Below, in pieces: positions 1 through 12,394 of a stretch of 37,248 nucleotides of DNA. Source of the DNA: Octopus sinensis (taxonomy: Eukaryota); NCBI RefSeq assembly GCF_006345805.1, contig NW_021836836.1, positions 1-37,248 on the forward strand, in the 5' to 3' direction. Under the pieces are notes generated by a model. It was not told the origin of the DNA and did no database searches. It saw only the letters and a program-made list of their open reading frames with translations. A program made the position numbers and the translations under genes. Every line of letters starts with the position of its first letter. Positions within the stretch are counted from its first letter, which is position 1.

Positions 1-215
1 CCTTTGAAATACAGGTACAAACAGAAACAGGAAGTAAGAGTGAGAGAAAGTTGTGTGAAAGAGTACAAGCAGGGATCACCACCATCGTTGCCGGAGCCTC
101 GTGGAGCTTTAGGTGTTTTCGCTCAATAAGCACTCACAGCGCCCAGTCTGGGAATCGAAACCGCGATCCTACAACCGCGAGTCCGCTGCCCTAACCACTG
201 GGCCATTGCGCCTCC
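1..215 (-). mobile_element. tRNA-derived SINE, family D, 5' part (cut by window start)
   Basis: Minus strand begins ggaggcgcaatggcccagtggttagggcagcgg...gtttcgattccc (A- and B-box-like); near-identical to the copy at 7810-8200. Confidence 0.85.
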
Positions 216-430
216 GGCACGCTGTGCACCGGTAGAGGCAATGTCTATTTGATGGAGAGAATGAGCTTACGTACAGCACAAACATTTGATCACTGTAAGC
301 AAATCTCGTCAGGGTTTTTTCAGGCAGTTCAGTAAGAAATTGCAGAATTGTCTTTCTTGGTCTACAAGAGACTACAAACAGAGCAACAACAGAACAAAGG
401 AAACAAATTATTTTAGCAAGAGACTATTAT

Positions 431-831
431 TCTTTTATTCTTTTACTTGTTTCAGTCATTTGACTGTGGCCATGCTGGAGCACCGCCTTTAGTCGAACAA
501 ATCGACCCCGGGACTTATTCTTTGTAAGCCCAGTACTTATTCTATCGGTCTCTTTGGCCGAACCGCTAAGTTACGGAGACGTAAACACACCAGCATCGAT
601 TGTCAAGCAATGCTAGGGGGACAAACACACACACACACACACATACACACACATATATATATATATACATATATACGACAGGCTTCTTTCAGTTTCCGTT
701 TACCAAATCCACTCACAAGGCATTGGTTGGCCCGGGGCTATAGCAGAAGACACTTGCCCAAGCTGCCACGCGGTGGGACTGAACCCGGAACCGTGTGGTT
801 GGTTAGCAAGCTACTTACAACACAGACACTC
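431..831 (-). mobile_element. tRNA-derived SINE, family A, full length
   Basis: Head with A box tggctgtgtgg-like and B box ggttcagtccc, central (CA/TA)n tract, 3' (TAAAAGAG)n-like tail; matches many copies in the window. Confidence 0.9.
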
Positions 832-1073
832 ATTCATAACTTTGTTTTAAATACCTTATAACCTCTCAATCCTGAACAATTAATAATCTATGAAGAAAAA
901 GAAGTGAATTATTAAAGGAAAATCAGATTCCATTAATGCCTTCTAAACTGCGATTATTTTCCACTGATATTAAATATCTCGCTTCATAAAATCTTTAATT
1001 TCATTTATTTGCCTCAGGTAATGTAATGCTGACAAGTTTTAATAAGAACAAAATAGCACTATAGATGCCTGTC

Positions 1074-1488
1074 TTTCTTTTGTCTTTGCTTGTTCCAGTC
1101 ACTAGACTGCAGCCATGCTGGGGCACTGCCACGAAGGAATATTTTAGTTAAATGAATTGACCCCAGTACTTTTTATTTCTTCCAAGCCCGGTACTTATTC
1201 TATCAATCTCTTTTGCCAAACCACTAGGTTACAGGGATGTAAACACACAAACACCAGTTGTCAAGTAGCAGCAGATGACAAATAGAGACACAAAAAGACA
1301 CACACACACACACACATATAAATACAAAAGACTTCTTTCAGTTTCCACCTACCAAATCCACTCACAAGGCTTTGGTTGGCCTAGGGCTATAGTAGAAGAC
1401 AGTTGCGCAGGGTGCAATGCAGTGGGACTGATCTCAGAGCCATGCATCTGGGAAGCAAACTTCTTACCACACAACCACACCAGCACCT
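1074..1488 (-). mobile_element. SINE family A, older diverged subfamily
   Basis: Same architecture with many substitutions and a variant 3' segment. Confidence 0.8.
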
Positions 1489-1518
1489 AAGACTAGAAGT
1501 TTTTAAAATCTCTACAAT

Positions 1519-1954
1519 ACTCTTTACTCTTTTACTCAGTCATTTGACTGCGGCCATGCTGGAGCACTGCCTTTAATCGAGCAACTCGTCCCCAGGACTT
1601 ATTCTTTTTGTAAGCCCAGTACTTATTATATCGGGCTCTTTTTGCTGAACCCTAAGTAACGGGGACATAAACACACCAGCATCGGTTGTCAAGCAATGCT
1701 AGGGGGACAAACACAGACACACAAAACATATACACACACATACATATATTATAATATATATATTATAATATAATATATATATATATATATACATATATAC
1801 GACAGGCTTCTTTTCAGTTTCCGTCTACCAAATCCACTCACAAGGCTTTGGTCTGCCCGAGGCTATAGTAGAAGACACTTGCCCAAGGTGCCACGCAGTG
1901 GGACTGAACCCGGAACCATGTGGTTGGTAAACAAGCTACTTACCTCACAGCCAC
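1519..1954 (-). mobile_element. SINE family A
   Basis: Close match to other family A copies. Confidence 0.9.
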
Positions 1955-2024
1955 AGCAATGAGTATGAAAAACAAAATTTTCATTTTTGTGTAATTTAGA
2001 CAACAGTTTATTCACTGCAACCTG

Positions 2025-2062
<38 letters not shown>

Positions 2063-2579
2063 ATATGCACCCACAAACTTATATATCACTATCCAGCACT
2101 TAATATGAGATTGTCAGGATGAGTAGCAAAATTCTGATATTTTAAACCTCCAATCATCCCATCATACTTATACTATCCTGGATGCATTCTGAATTATCTC
2201 CAATGCCAAAAAAAAAAAAAAACACTTGAGGTTACTACTCTAGTATTAAATGTTGTTGTCATCACAGTTGGTGTTGTTGTTGTTGTTGTTGCAGTTCTGG
2301 TTATGGCCCTCTCTTGCCTTCCCACCCAGGAATGAAGGTGAATAAAGTGAAGTGAAATATAAACCATTTGAATGAAAAAATTGAAGAAGATAAATATTTC
2401 AGACTAAAAACCAAAAACCATCCATCTCTCCACCCTGTTAATATTTTTAAAAATTCATTTGTTCCATTTTGATGTTCTTTTTCATAAATCTAAACATGTG
2501 TGTGTCTCCCTAAACTCTCTGCACATGAAATGTCAAGGATTTTCAATGAAGAACTGTATCAGTGAGTTATAACTAACTA

Positions 2580-3108
2580 CATCATCATCATCATCATCGT
2601 TTAACATAGTCTTTCCATGCTAGCATGGGTTGAATGATTTGACTGAGGTCTGGCGAACCAGATGGCTGCACCAGGCACCAATCTTGATCTGGCAAAGTTT
2701 CTACAGCTGGATGCCCTTCCTAACGCCAACCAATCCGAGAGTGTAGTGGGTGCTTTTTAAGTGCAACCGGCATGAGGGCCAGTCAGGTGGGGTCGATTAA
2801 ATAAGTACCAGTTACGCACTTGGGTCGATGTAATCGATTTAATCCATTTGTCTGTCCTTGTTTGTCCCCTCTGTGTTTAGCCCCTTGTGAGTAGTAAAGA
2901 AATAAGTACTTAGCCCCTTGTGGGTAATAAAGAAATAGGTACTGGCAACGGCCACAAAAGGAATTGTTTTTTTTCTCATTATTTTACGTGTCACCTGCAA
3001 ACCGGCACAAGTGCCAGTAAGGCAACACTGTTAACGATCACGCTTGAATGGTGCTTTTTACGTGCCACTGGCACGAACACCAGTTAGCCACTCTGGTAAC
3101 GATCACGT
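2580..3108 (-). mobile_element. RTE-type LINE 3' UTR with (GAT)n tail, interrupted by a SINE B fragment
   Basis: (cat)n at 2580, palindrome ccatgctagcatgg 2615-2628, ggatgcccttcctaacgccaacc core; homologous to the UTR that follows an RTE-like ORF end at 28717-29106. Confidence 0.75.
2790..2942 (+). mobile_element. SINE family B, 5'-truncated, with duplicated 33-bp 3' end
   Basis: Matches the 3' half of 19961-20192; ttagccccttgtg...aaagaaata(a/g)gtac occurs at 2877-2909 and 2910-2942. Confidence 0.85.
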
Positions 3109-3355
3109 GTAGTATGACACCCCCACCACACACACATTGATTTATTGCCATCTATGTACGCAAACTTCCATGTAAACAATTGTGGGCACACACGTACACA
3201 CGCACATTGAGCGAGTGTCTTTGTGGGGATGTTTTTCACTCCCCTCTACATTGTTTGACAAACGGTGTTGGTTTGTTTACCTCCTGGTAACTTAGTGGTT
3301 CAGCAAAAGAGATCGAATAGAATAAATAGCAGACATAAAAGAAAGCCTAAGACAT

Positions 3356-3785
3356 ACTCTTTTACTCGTTTCAGTCATTTGACTGCGGCCATGCTGGAGC
3401 ACCGCCTTTAATCGAGCAACTCGACCCCGGGACTTATTCTTTGTAAGCCCAGTACTTATTCTATCGGTCTTTTTTGCAGAACCGCTAAGTGATGGGGACA
3501 TAAACACACCAGCATCGGGTGTCAAGCAATGTAGGGGGACAAACACAGACACACAAACACACAATACCACACATATATAGTATATATATATATAATATAT
3601 ATATCTATATATACACACATATATATAACAGGCATCTTTCATTTCCATCTACAAATCTAACACACGGCTTTGGTCGCACGAGGCTATAGTAGAAGACACT
3701 TGCCCAAGGTGCCACGCAAGTGGGACTGAACCCGGAACCATGTGGTTGGTAAACAAGCTACTTACCACACAGCCACTCCTGCGCC
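3356..3785 (-). mobile_element. SINE family A, inserted into an older plus-strand A-related copy (about 3205-3345 and 3791-3854)
   Basis: Full-length match; both flanks are consecutive pieces of a degenerate A 3' half. Confidence 0.85.
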
Positions 3786-4139
3786 TATGGTCGTGATTTG
3801 TTAATGGCTGCACTCCAAAATAGTCAGTGACTGAAACAAGTAAATAATAAGAGACACACACACACACACACACACACACATAAGTATGTGTGGATTGAGA
3901 TGATGCAAAATATAAATACTCGGAGTATATTTCCCCAAGTAATAAACACATCTGTCAGCGATATTGATAAAATGGACAGATATTTATTTTATTAGTCTCA
4001 TACAATTGTCATATCCAGAGTCCTAGACTTTAGATCAAATTATGTGCGTGGTTGCTTGTGCATGTTTTTGCGCATGAACATGTATGTGTGTGTATATATC
4101 CTTACACATATACATACATATTTACGTACACACAACACA

Positions 4140-4372
4140 TCTATATATATATACAATATATATATATATATTATATATCTATATATCTATATCTATATAT
4201 ATCTATATATATATAATATATATATATCTATCTATATATTATATATATATCTATATATATCTATATCTATTATATATTATATATATCTATATCTATATAT
4301 ATCTATTATCTATATATATATATATCTCTATAATATCTATATCTATTCTATATCTATATATATATCTATATC

Positions 4373-4406
<34 letters not shown>

Positions 4407-4625
4407 CTATATATATATATATATCTATATCTATCTATATCTATATATATATATATCTATACTATAATAGATACTATATATCTATATATATCTATATCTA
4501 TATATATATATATCTATATCTATATATATCTATATCTATATATATATATCTATATCTATATATATCTATATCTAATATATATATCTATTATCTATATATA
4601 TATATATATATTATATATATATATC
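4140..4625. repeat. (TA)n/(TATC)n compound microsatellite, continuing as CA/TA tracts to about 4965
   Basis: Direct inspection; explains the Ile/Tyr-rich spurious ORFs. Confidence 0.95.
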
Positions 4626-4897
4626 ACACACATACACACACACACATACATACCTGTATGAGTGTATGTGTGTGCCCATATGCACATTTGTAGACATAGA
4701 AATTTTGTGTACGTAGCTGGCAATAAATCAATGTGTATGTGTGTGTGTGTACATGTATGTACACATAACTATATATATATATATACACACACACACAAGT
4801 ATGTTTGTGTGTGTATGTGTGTGTGTACCTATATATATACATATATATACATACATATATTACAATATAATATATACATATATACACCACACACACA

Positions 4898-4941
<44 letters not shown>

Positions 4942-5796
4942 ATACATACAATACACACACACATTGTGTGTGCATTGTTACGCAGACAGTACTGAAAAGT
5001 ATCATCTAATATCCCACCAGCAATATAGCTGCAACACTACATCCACTTCCCCCTCCGCCTCCTCCTTCAGCCCACCACAACCACCACCATCACCACCACC
5101 TCAGCGACCACCATCATCTCCACTACCTCCCAGCTTAGCAGCTAGCATTTCATTTCGGAGACATCTCAGAACCAACTTCTTTCTCATTTTTTTTTAATTC
5201 ACTCATTTCCTTCTTGTTTTTTTTTTTCATAATACGCAAAAATGATCTTTAGCTGTGAGATAAATAATTTATTGGCTTCTCTTGAGTGATAATGATATCC
5301 TTAAATCACGACTATTACTCTGAGCATATTTTATCTTCTGCTAATACAGGAAAAATATAACAATTTTTTTTTTAAACAAAAAGTCAGAAAAAAATTCAAA
5401 CAAAAAGGAAAAGGTGTGGGGATGCGGAAGTGAGTAAAAAAAATTTGATATTTTATTTTTCTTTTTTCAATTGAAATCAAATTAAATGTCTAAATATCCA
5501 TGATGAGTTGGTCTTAATAAGATTATAATGTTTTTGGACTGTTAACAAGTTTGGATATAAATCATTATTTGTTTTTAGACATACTTATATCTTGTATAAT
5601 GTTTCACCTGAATTAACCTATGAGGGTCATCAGGTGTCGTATATCTGGATGGCATATGTCTATATGGGTCACTGGTTCAGGAGTTTAAAAATAAAAGGTG
5701 GGGCTGAATTCAATTTATTCTTTTATTCTTTTAATTGCTTCAGTCATTTCACTGCAGCCATGCTGGAGCACTGCCTTGAAGGATTTTAGTCAAACA

Positions 5797-6124
5797 GGCG
5801 CAGGTGTGGCTGTGTGGTAAGTTGCTTGTTTACCAACCACATGGTTCCGGGTTTGGTCCCACTGCGTGGCACCTTCGGCAGGTGTCTTCTACTATAGCCT
5901 CGGGCCGACCAATGCCTTGTGAGTGGATTTGGTAGACGGAAACTGAAAGAAGCTCGTCGTATATATGTAATATAATATATGCGGCGTGTGGTGTTTGTGT
6001 GTCTGTGTTTGTCCCCTAGCATTGTTTGACAACCGATGCTGGTGTGGTTATGTCCCCGTTACTTAGCGGTTCGGCAAAGAGAGACCGATAGAATAAGTAC
6101 TGGGCTTACAAAAGAATAAGTCCC
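5797..6124 (+). mobile_element. SINE family A, 3'-truncated
   Basis: Head at 5797; similarity stops at aataagtccc and switches strand. Confidence 0.9.
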
Positions 6125-6125
6125 A

Positions 6126-6225
6126 GCTATAGTAGAAGACACTTGCCCAAGGTGCCACGGAGTGGGACTGAACCCGGAACCATGTGGTTGGTAAACAAAC
6201 TACTTACCACACAGCCACTCCTGCG

Positions 6226-6227
<2 letters not shown>
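6126..6227 (-). mobile_element. SINE family A head only, fused tail-to-tail with the preceding copy
   Basis: Reverse complement of the first about 100 nt of family A. Confidence 0.9.
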
Positions 6228-6287
<60 letters not shown>

Positions 6288-6581
6288 GGATTTAATGTAC
6301 AATATATGGATTTATATAATTCAGTGGTAATAATAATATAAAAAAGGTCCTTTGGTGGACCAGGCTACAAACCACATAGTAAACCAATATGTAGGGGCAT
6401 AATGTGGAGTGTTATGCAGTTGAAATTCAGTCAATCCAATCAGAGAAGATTATTTCATGAAGGGTACATAGACTATAAAGAAAGTTGGCTGTGAATCGCT
6501 CATCATCCTATGGGGATCAACTAATGAAATATATATGTATTCGTCTCATACCTCCTGACTTTCTTTACATTTGAAAAACAT

Positions 6582-7149
6582 GACCCCCTTTAGTCATGAA
6601 TGACCATGGGATTGCGCCTAGTAAGATCCCCTCCAAGGCACAAGTCTGGGTAAGGTTGTGTACGGAAGACCAGCAGTCACCCATAGATACCAGCCTTCCC
6701 TCTCTATGCCGCCGATGTTATCCAAGGGAAAGGCAAAGGGGCTGATACAGCTTGGCACCTGTGACGTCGCAACTCATTTCTACAGCTGAGTGAACTGGAT
6801 CAATGTGAAATGAAGTGTCTTGCTCAAGAACACAGCATACAGCCTGGTCCAGGAATCAAACTCATTACCTCATGATTGTGAGCCCAACGCTCTAATAATC
6901 TTTATTGCCCACAAGGGGCTAAACACAGAGGGGACAAACAAGGACAGACAAATGGATTAAGTCGATTATATCGACCCCAGTGCGTAACTGGCACTTATTT
7001 AATCGACCCCCAAAGGATGAAAGGCAAAGTCAACCTCGGCAGAATTTGAGCTCAGAACGTAAAGACGGACGAAATGCCGTTAAGCATTTCGCCCGGCGTG
7101 CTAACGATTCTGCCAGCTCGGCTCTAGCCACTGATTCATGCGCCTTCAC
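6582..7149 (-). mobile_element. tRNA-derived SINE family C, split by a SINE B insertion
   Basis: 6582-6894 plus 7121-7149 match the intact copy at 31633-31978. Confidence 0.8.
6895..7120 (-). mobile_element. SINE family B
   Basis: Matches 19961-20192; flanked by a gctcta duplication (6889-6894, 7121-7126). Confidence 0.9.
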
Positions 7150-7204
7150 CAAATATTCTGTGTGTGTGTGTGTATGTATATACACACACACACACATACA
7201 AAAT

Positions 7205-7370
7205 ACAACAGGCTTCCACACAGTTTCCATCTACTAAATTCACTCACAACCCATTGATCAGTTCAGGGCTGTAGGCAGAAGACACTTGCCCAAGGGTGCT
7301 GCACAGTAGGGACTGAACCTGAAGCCATGTGGTTACAAAGCAAGCTATTTAATCACACAGCCATGCCTGG
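7205..7370 (-). mobile_element. SINE family A, old 5' half
   Basis: Degenerate match to the family A head. Confidence 0.7.
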
Positions 7371-7542
7371 CCTAGCGAAGCCAATAAATAATTTTTTAAA
7401 TTGTTCAACAATGAGATTAATAATGCGAAAACTTCTAATCTTGTTAACAAAGGCCATTCAGCTGATTGTTATTCAGAAGCATGCTCTAATTTCTGGTCTA
7501 CAGACATGCTGTCTTCTCTTCGCCTGTTCTATTGCTATTATA

Positions 7543-8200
7543 TATGGATACATGGAAGCACTCCGTCGGTTACGACGACGAGGGTTCCGGATGATCCGAA
7601 TAAACAGAACAGCCTGCTCGTGAAATTAACGCGTAAGTGGCTGAGCACTCCACAGACACGTGTACCCTTAACGTAGTTCTCGGGGATATTCAGCGTGACA
7701 CAGAGAGTGACAAGGCCGGCCCTTTGAAATACAGGTACAACAGAAACAGGAAGTAAGAGTGAGAGAAAGTTGTGGTGAAAGAGTACAGCAGGGATCACCA
7801 CCATCCCCTGCTATTATATATGGATATATGGAAGCACTCCGTCAGTTACGACGACGAGGGTTTCGGTTGATCCGAATCAACGGAACAGCCTGCTCGTGAA
7901 ATTAACATGTAAGTGGCTGAGCACTCCACAGACACGTGTACCCTTAACGTAGTTCTCGGGGATATTCAGTGTGACACAGGCTGGCCCTTTGAAATACAGG
8001 TACAACAGAAACATGAAGTAAGAGTGAGAGAAAGTTGTGGTGAAAGAGTACAGCAGGGATCACCACCATCCCCTGCCGGAGCCCTGTGGAGCTTTAGGTG
8101 TTTTCGCTCAATAAACACTCACAACGCCCGGACTGGGAATCGAAACCGCGATCCTATGACCGCGAGTCCGCTGCCCTAACCACAGGGCCATTGCGCCTCC
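7543..8200 (-). mobile_element. SINE family D, full length plus a tandem duplicate of its 3' 279 bp
   Basis: tRNA-like head ending 8200; 12-bp TSD attgctattata at 7531-7542 and 8203-8214; internal duplication junction at about 7810. Confidence 0.9.
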
Positions 8201-8389
8201 TCATTGCTATTATAACAACCTCTGCTACTCGGAGCTGAATAACTGGCCAAATACACTCACCTCCTCATTTCATTACTTATATTGCATCCATCACTGCACA
8301 AACCACCAACCCAAGTCCTTGCTCATCCCTCTGGAACTCACTCTCCCTGCTCCTGCTTCTCGTGACAATGTCAACTTACAACTGTTTAA

Positions 8390-8776
8390 CCTTTTAGAAT
8401 TCAGATTATTCTATCGAATGTAATGCTTTTACACGCACTTTCTTTTCAATTAATCATTAATTTATAGCTCCAAAATTTCGATGATGTCATTCTTTTACTC
8501 TTTTACTCTTCTACTTGTTTCAGTCATTTAACTGCGGCCATGCTGGAGCACCGCCTTTAGTCGAGCAAATCGACCCCGGGACTTATTCTTTGGAAGCCCA
8601 GCACTTATTCTATCGGTCTCTTTTGCCAAACCGCTAAGTGACGGGGACGTAAACACACCAGCATCGGTTGTCAAGCAATGCTAGGGGGACAAACACAGAC
8701 ACTGTTTCCATATTTCCTGAGCGCCTATTAGTAATTGTTCCACTGTTGTTTTTTGTTTTCCCGTTTGGATTAAAAT

Positions 8777-8808
<32 letters not shown>

Positions 8809-9105
8809 ATATATATATACATATATACGACAGGCTTCTTTCAGTTTTCCATCTACCAAATCCACTCACAAGGCATGGTCGGCCCGGGGCTATAGCAGAA
8901 GACACTTGCCCAAGATGCCACGCAGTGGGACTGAACCTGGAACCATGTGGTTGGTTAGCAAGCTACCTACCACACAGCCACTCCTGCGCCATTGTATATT
9001 TTATAATGGCATTGAAGAGTAGGTGTGATAGGCTGGATCTGGCTGGCTAGAACATAAAACCAGAAGTATATTTGGGCCAGAAATGGCCAGTTTGAATGTT
9101 AATAG
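8390..9105 (+). mobile_element. piggyBac-type MITE (about 210 bp when empty) carrying a SINE A insertion
   Basis: TTAA at 8386-8389 and 9106-9109; degenerate ccctttagcatt/aatgctaaaggg termini; internal match to the other three copies. Confidence 0.7.
8492..8990 (-). mobile_element. SINE family A, full length, inside the MITE
   Basis: Close match to family consensus. Confidence 0.9.
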
Positions 9106-9204
9106 TTAAGCAGGATGTTAACAGCATGATCCACCAGTTTCTCATGCACTTTGCTGGATTTGAGGGAATATATATTAAAACTTCTGCTTTTTGCAGCATT
9201 CTGA

Positions 9205-9298
9205 GGCACAGGCGTGGCTGTGTGGTAAGAAGTTTGCTTCCCAACCAGATGGTTCTAGGTTCAGTCCTATTGACACCTTGGGCAAATTTCTTCTGCTA
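9205..9298 (+). mobile_element. SINE family A head fragment
   Basis: A-box and B-box-like motifs, degenerate. Confidence 0.65.
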
Positions 9299-9439
9299 AG
9301 GTTCCAGGTGATGGTGGTGGTAGTGATGTTGGCTACAGTGGTAGTGGTATTGGCTATAGTGGTAGTGGTGGTGGTGGCTGTGATGATGGGGATGAGGAGC
9401 CATGGAGTTAGTGATAGTGGTAGTAGTAGTGGTGTGATG

Positions 9440-11770
9440 TAGGTGGTAATATCATGGTGATGGTGGTGGTGGTGGTGGATGGTGGTTACAGTGGTGGCAG
9501 CTTGATAGAGGTGGTCATTTCATGGTGGCAGTGGTGTGATGTAGGTGGTAACATCATGGGGGTAGTGGTGGTGTTGATGGTTGTGGTATGATGTAGGTGG
9601 TAACATCATGATGGTGGTGGTGGTGGTGGTGTTGTTGATGGTTGTGGTATGATGTAGGTGGCAACATCATGATGATGGTGGTGGTGGTGGTGTTGATGGT
9701 TGTGGTATGATGTAGGTGGTAACATCATGATGGCGGTGGTGTTGTTGATGGTTGTGGTATGATGTAGGTGGTAACATCATGATGGTGGTGGTGGTGTTGT
9801 TGATGGTTGTGGTATGATGTAGGTGGCAACATCATGATGATGGTGGTGGTGGTGGTGGTGTTGTTGATGGTTGTGGTATGATGTAGGTGGTAACATCATG
9901 ATGGTGGTGGTGTTGTTGATGGTTGTGGTATGATGTAGGTGGTAACATCATGATGGTGGTGGTGGTGTTGATGGTTGTGGTATGATGTAGGTGGTAACAT
10001 CATGATGGGTGGTGGTGTTGTTTGTGGTGTGGTATGATGTAGGTGGTAACATCATGATGGTGGTGGTGGTGTGGTGGTGTTGGTGTTGGTTGTTGGTTTG
10101 TTGTTATGATGTAGTGGTAACATCATGATGATTGTGGTGGTGGTGGTGGTGTTGTTGATGGTTGTGGTATAATGTACGTGGTAACATCATGATGGTGGTG
10201 GTGGTGTTGATGGTTGTGGTATGATGTAGGTGGTAACATCATGATGATGGTGGTGGTGGTGGATGGTGGTGGTGGTGGTGGTGGTGGTGTTGATGGTTGT
10301 GGTATGATGTAGGTGGTAACATCATGATGATGGTGGTGGTGGTGGTGGTGTTGTTGATGGTTGTGGTATGATGTAGGTGGTAACATCATGATGGTGGTGG
10401 TGGTGTTGATGGTTGTGGTATGATGTAGGTGGTAACATCATGATGGTGGTGGTGGTGGTGGATGGTGGTGGTGGTGGTGGATGGTGGTGGTGGTGTTGAT
10501 GGTTTGGTATGATGTAGGTGGTAACATCATGATGGTGGTGGTGGTGTTGATGGTTGTGGTATGATGTAGGTGGTAACATCATGATGGTGGTGGTGGTGTT
10601 GTTGATGGTTGTGGTATGATGTAGGTGGTAACATCATGATGGTGGTGGTGGTGGTGGTGGTGGTGGTGGTGGTGTTGTTGATGGTTGTGGTATGATGTAG
10701 GTGGTAACATCATGATGATGGTGGTGGTGGTGGTGGTGGTGTTGTTGATGGTGTGGTATAATGTCGTGTTAACCATCATGATGGTGGTGGTGGTGTTGAT
10801 GGTTGTGGTATGATGTAGGTGGTAACATCATGATGATGGTGGTGGTGGTGGTGGTGGTGTTGTTGATGGTTGTGGTATGATGTAGGTGGTAACATCATGA
10901 TGATGGTGGTGGTGGTGGTGGTGTTGTTGATGGTTGTGGTATAATGTAGGTGGTAACATCATGATGGTGGTGGTGGTGTTGATGGTTGTGGTATGATGTA
11001 GGTGGTAACATCATGATGATGGTGGTGGTGGTGGTGGTGTTGATGGTTGTGGTATGATGTAGGTGGTAACATCATGATGATGGTGGTGTGGTTCTGGTGT
11101 GGGGTGGTGGTGGTGTTGATGGTTGTGGTATGATGTAGGTGGTAACATCATGATGATGGTGGTGGTGGGGTGGTTTTGATGGTTGTGGTATGATGTAGTG
11201 TGGTAACATCATGATGGTTGGTGGTGTGTGGTGTTGTTGATGGTTGTGGTATGATGTAGGTGTAACATCATGATGGTGGTGGTGGTGGTGGTGGTGTTGA
11301 TGGTTGTGGTATGATGTAGGTGGTAACATCATGGTGGTGATGGTGGTGGATGGTGGTTGTAGTGGTGGCAGTGGTGTGATGTAGGTGGTAGCATCATGGT
11401 GGTAGTGGTGGTGGTGGTGGTGTTGATGGTTGTGGTATGATGTAGGTGGTAACATCATGATGATGGTGGTGGTGGTGGATGGTGGTGGTGGTGGTGGTGG
11501 TGTTGATGGTTGTGGTATGATGTAGGTGGTAACATCATGATGATGGTGGTGGTGGTGGATGGTGGTGGTGGTGGTGGTGGTGTTGATGGTTGTGGTATGA
11601 TGTAGGTAGTGGTAGTGGTGTGATGTAGGTGGTAACATCATCATGATGGTGGTAGTGGTGGTGGTGGTGGTGGTGGATGGTGGTTGTAATGGTGGCAGCT
11701 TGACATAGGTGGCAATTTCATGGTGGTGGCGGTAGTGGTATGATGTAGGTGGTAATGTCATGATGATGGT
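9440..11770. repeat. Minisatellite, roughly 40 units of gttgatggttgtggtatgatgtaggtggtaacatcatgat(ggt)n
   Basis: Direct inspection; unit about 45-70 bp depending on (ggt)n length; count estimated. Confidence 0.95.
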
Positions 11771-11929
11771 AGTTGTGTCCCCATGGTGGTTGTGATGCTG
11801 GTATTGTTTTTTTATTACAGGTTATTTCAATAACTCTGCCACTGAATCAAGATGAAAATGTTTAAACCAATTCCATAACAACATCACCATTCAGGTGTGG
11901 GAGGTGGAGCAGTGACGTGGGGGTGGAGG

Positions 11930-12075
11930 TACTACTATTAATACTACTACTACTCCTACTACTACTCCTACTACTACTACTACTACTCCTACTACTACTC
12001 CTACTACTACTACTACTACTCCTACTACTCCTACTACTACTACTACCACCACAACTACCACCACAACTACCACTA
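11930..12075. repeat. (CTA)n/(CCA)n trinucleotide tract
   Basis: Direct inspection. Confidence 0.95.
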
Positions 12076-12349
12076 TCTTACTGTTGGAATAGGTAAATAT
12101 ATTTACATGGTTCCAAAATAAAAGTTAACTGTTTAGCAATGGAATTTTTGTTCTACCATTTTCTTTTTTTCCTCATTTTTGTATTTGTGAAGGGATTTTG
12201 CTGGGAAGGAAGAGGTTTCTGGTGCTTTTTTTCTTCATTTTTTATCAAAAGAGGGGGCATGAAACGTTCTTGTTTATTTTGGGGTTTTTGTTGTTGAGGT
12301 TTTTTTGTCGTTTGTTTACATATGCATGTATGTCTATTTGTGTGTCTGA

Positions 12350-12394
<45 letters not shown>

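Larger units (their letters stand above)
7445..9150 (+). pseudogene. CR1/L2-type LINE ORF2 C-terminal remnant in three pieces (about 7445-7542, 8203-8389, 9106-9150)
   Basis: With inserts removed and small frameshifts it reads KAIQLI...RHAV.SLRLFYCYYNNLCYSEL...LWNSL(P)...NLQLFKQDVN, resembling the SLxLFYRYY / LWNSLP / NLxxFK motifs at the end of CR1-like ORF2 (recalled, not searched). Confidence 0.6.

Noticed and set aside
285-330. Hammerhead-like CTGACGA-gatt...gatc-AAA on the minus strand
   Set aside because: G12 is missing and stem I does not pair.
10123-11761. His/Pro/Thr-rich protein on the minus strand
   Set aside because: The frame changes with every (ggt)n or single-base indel, and there is no signal peptide or splice context; explained by the minisatellite.
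9440-11770. CRISPR-like repeat-spacer array
   Set aside because: The spacers are only (ggt)n length variants, the context is eukaryotic, and there are no cas genes.
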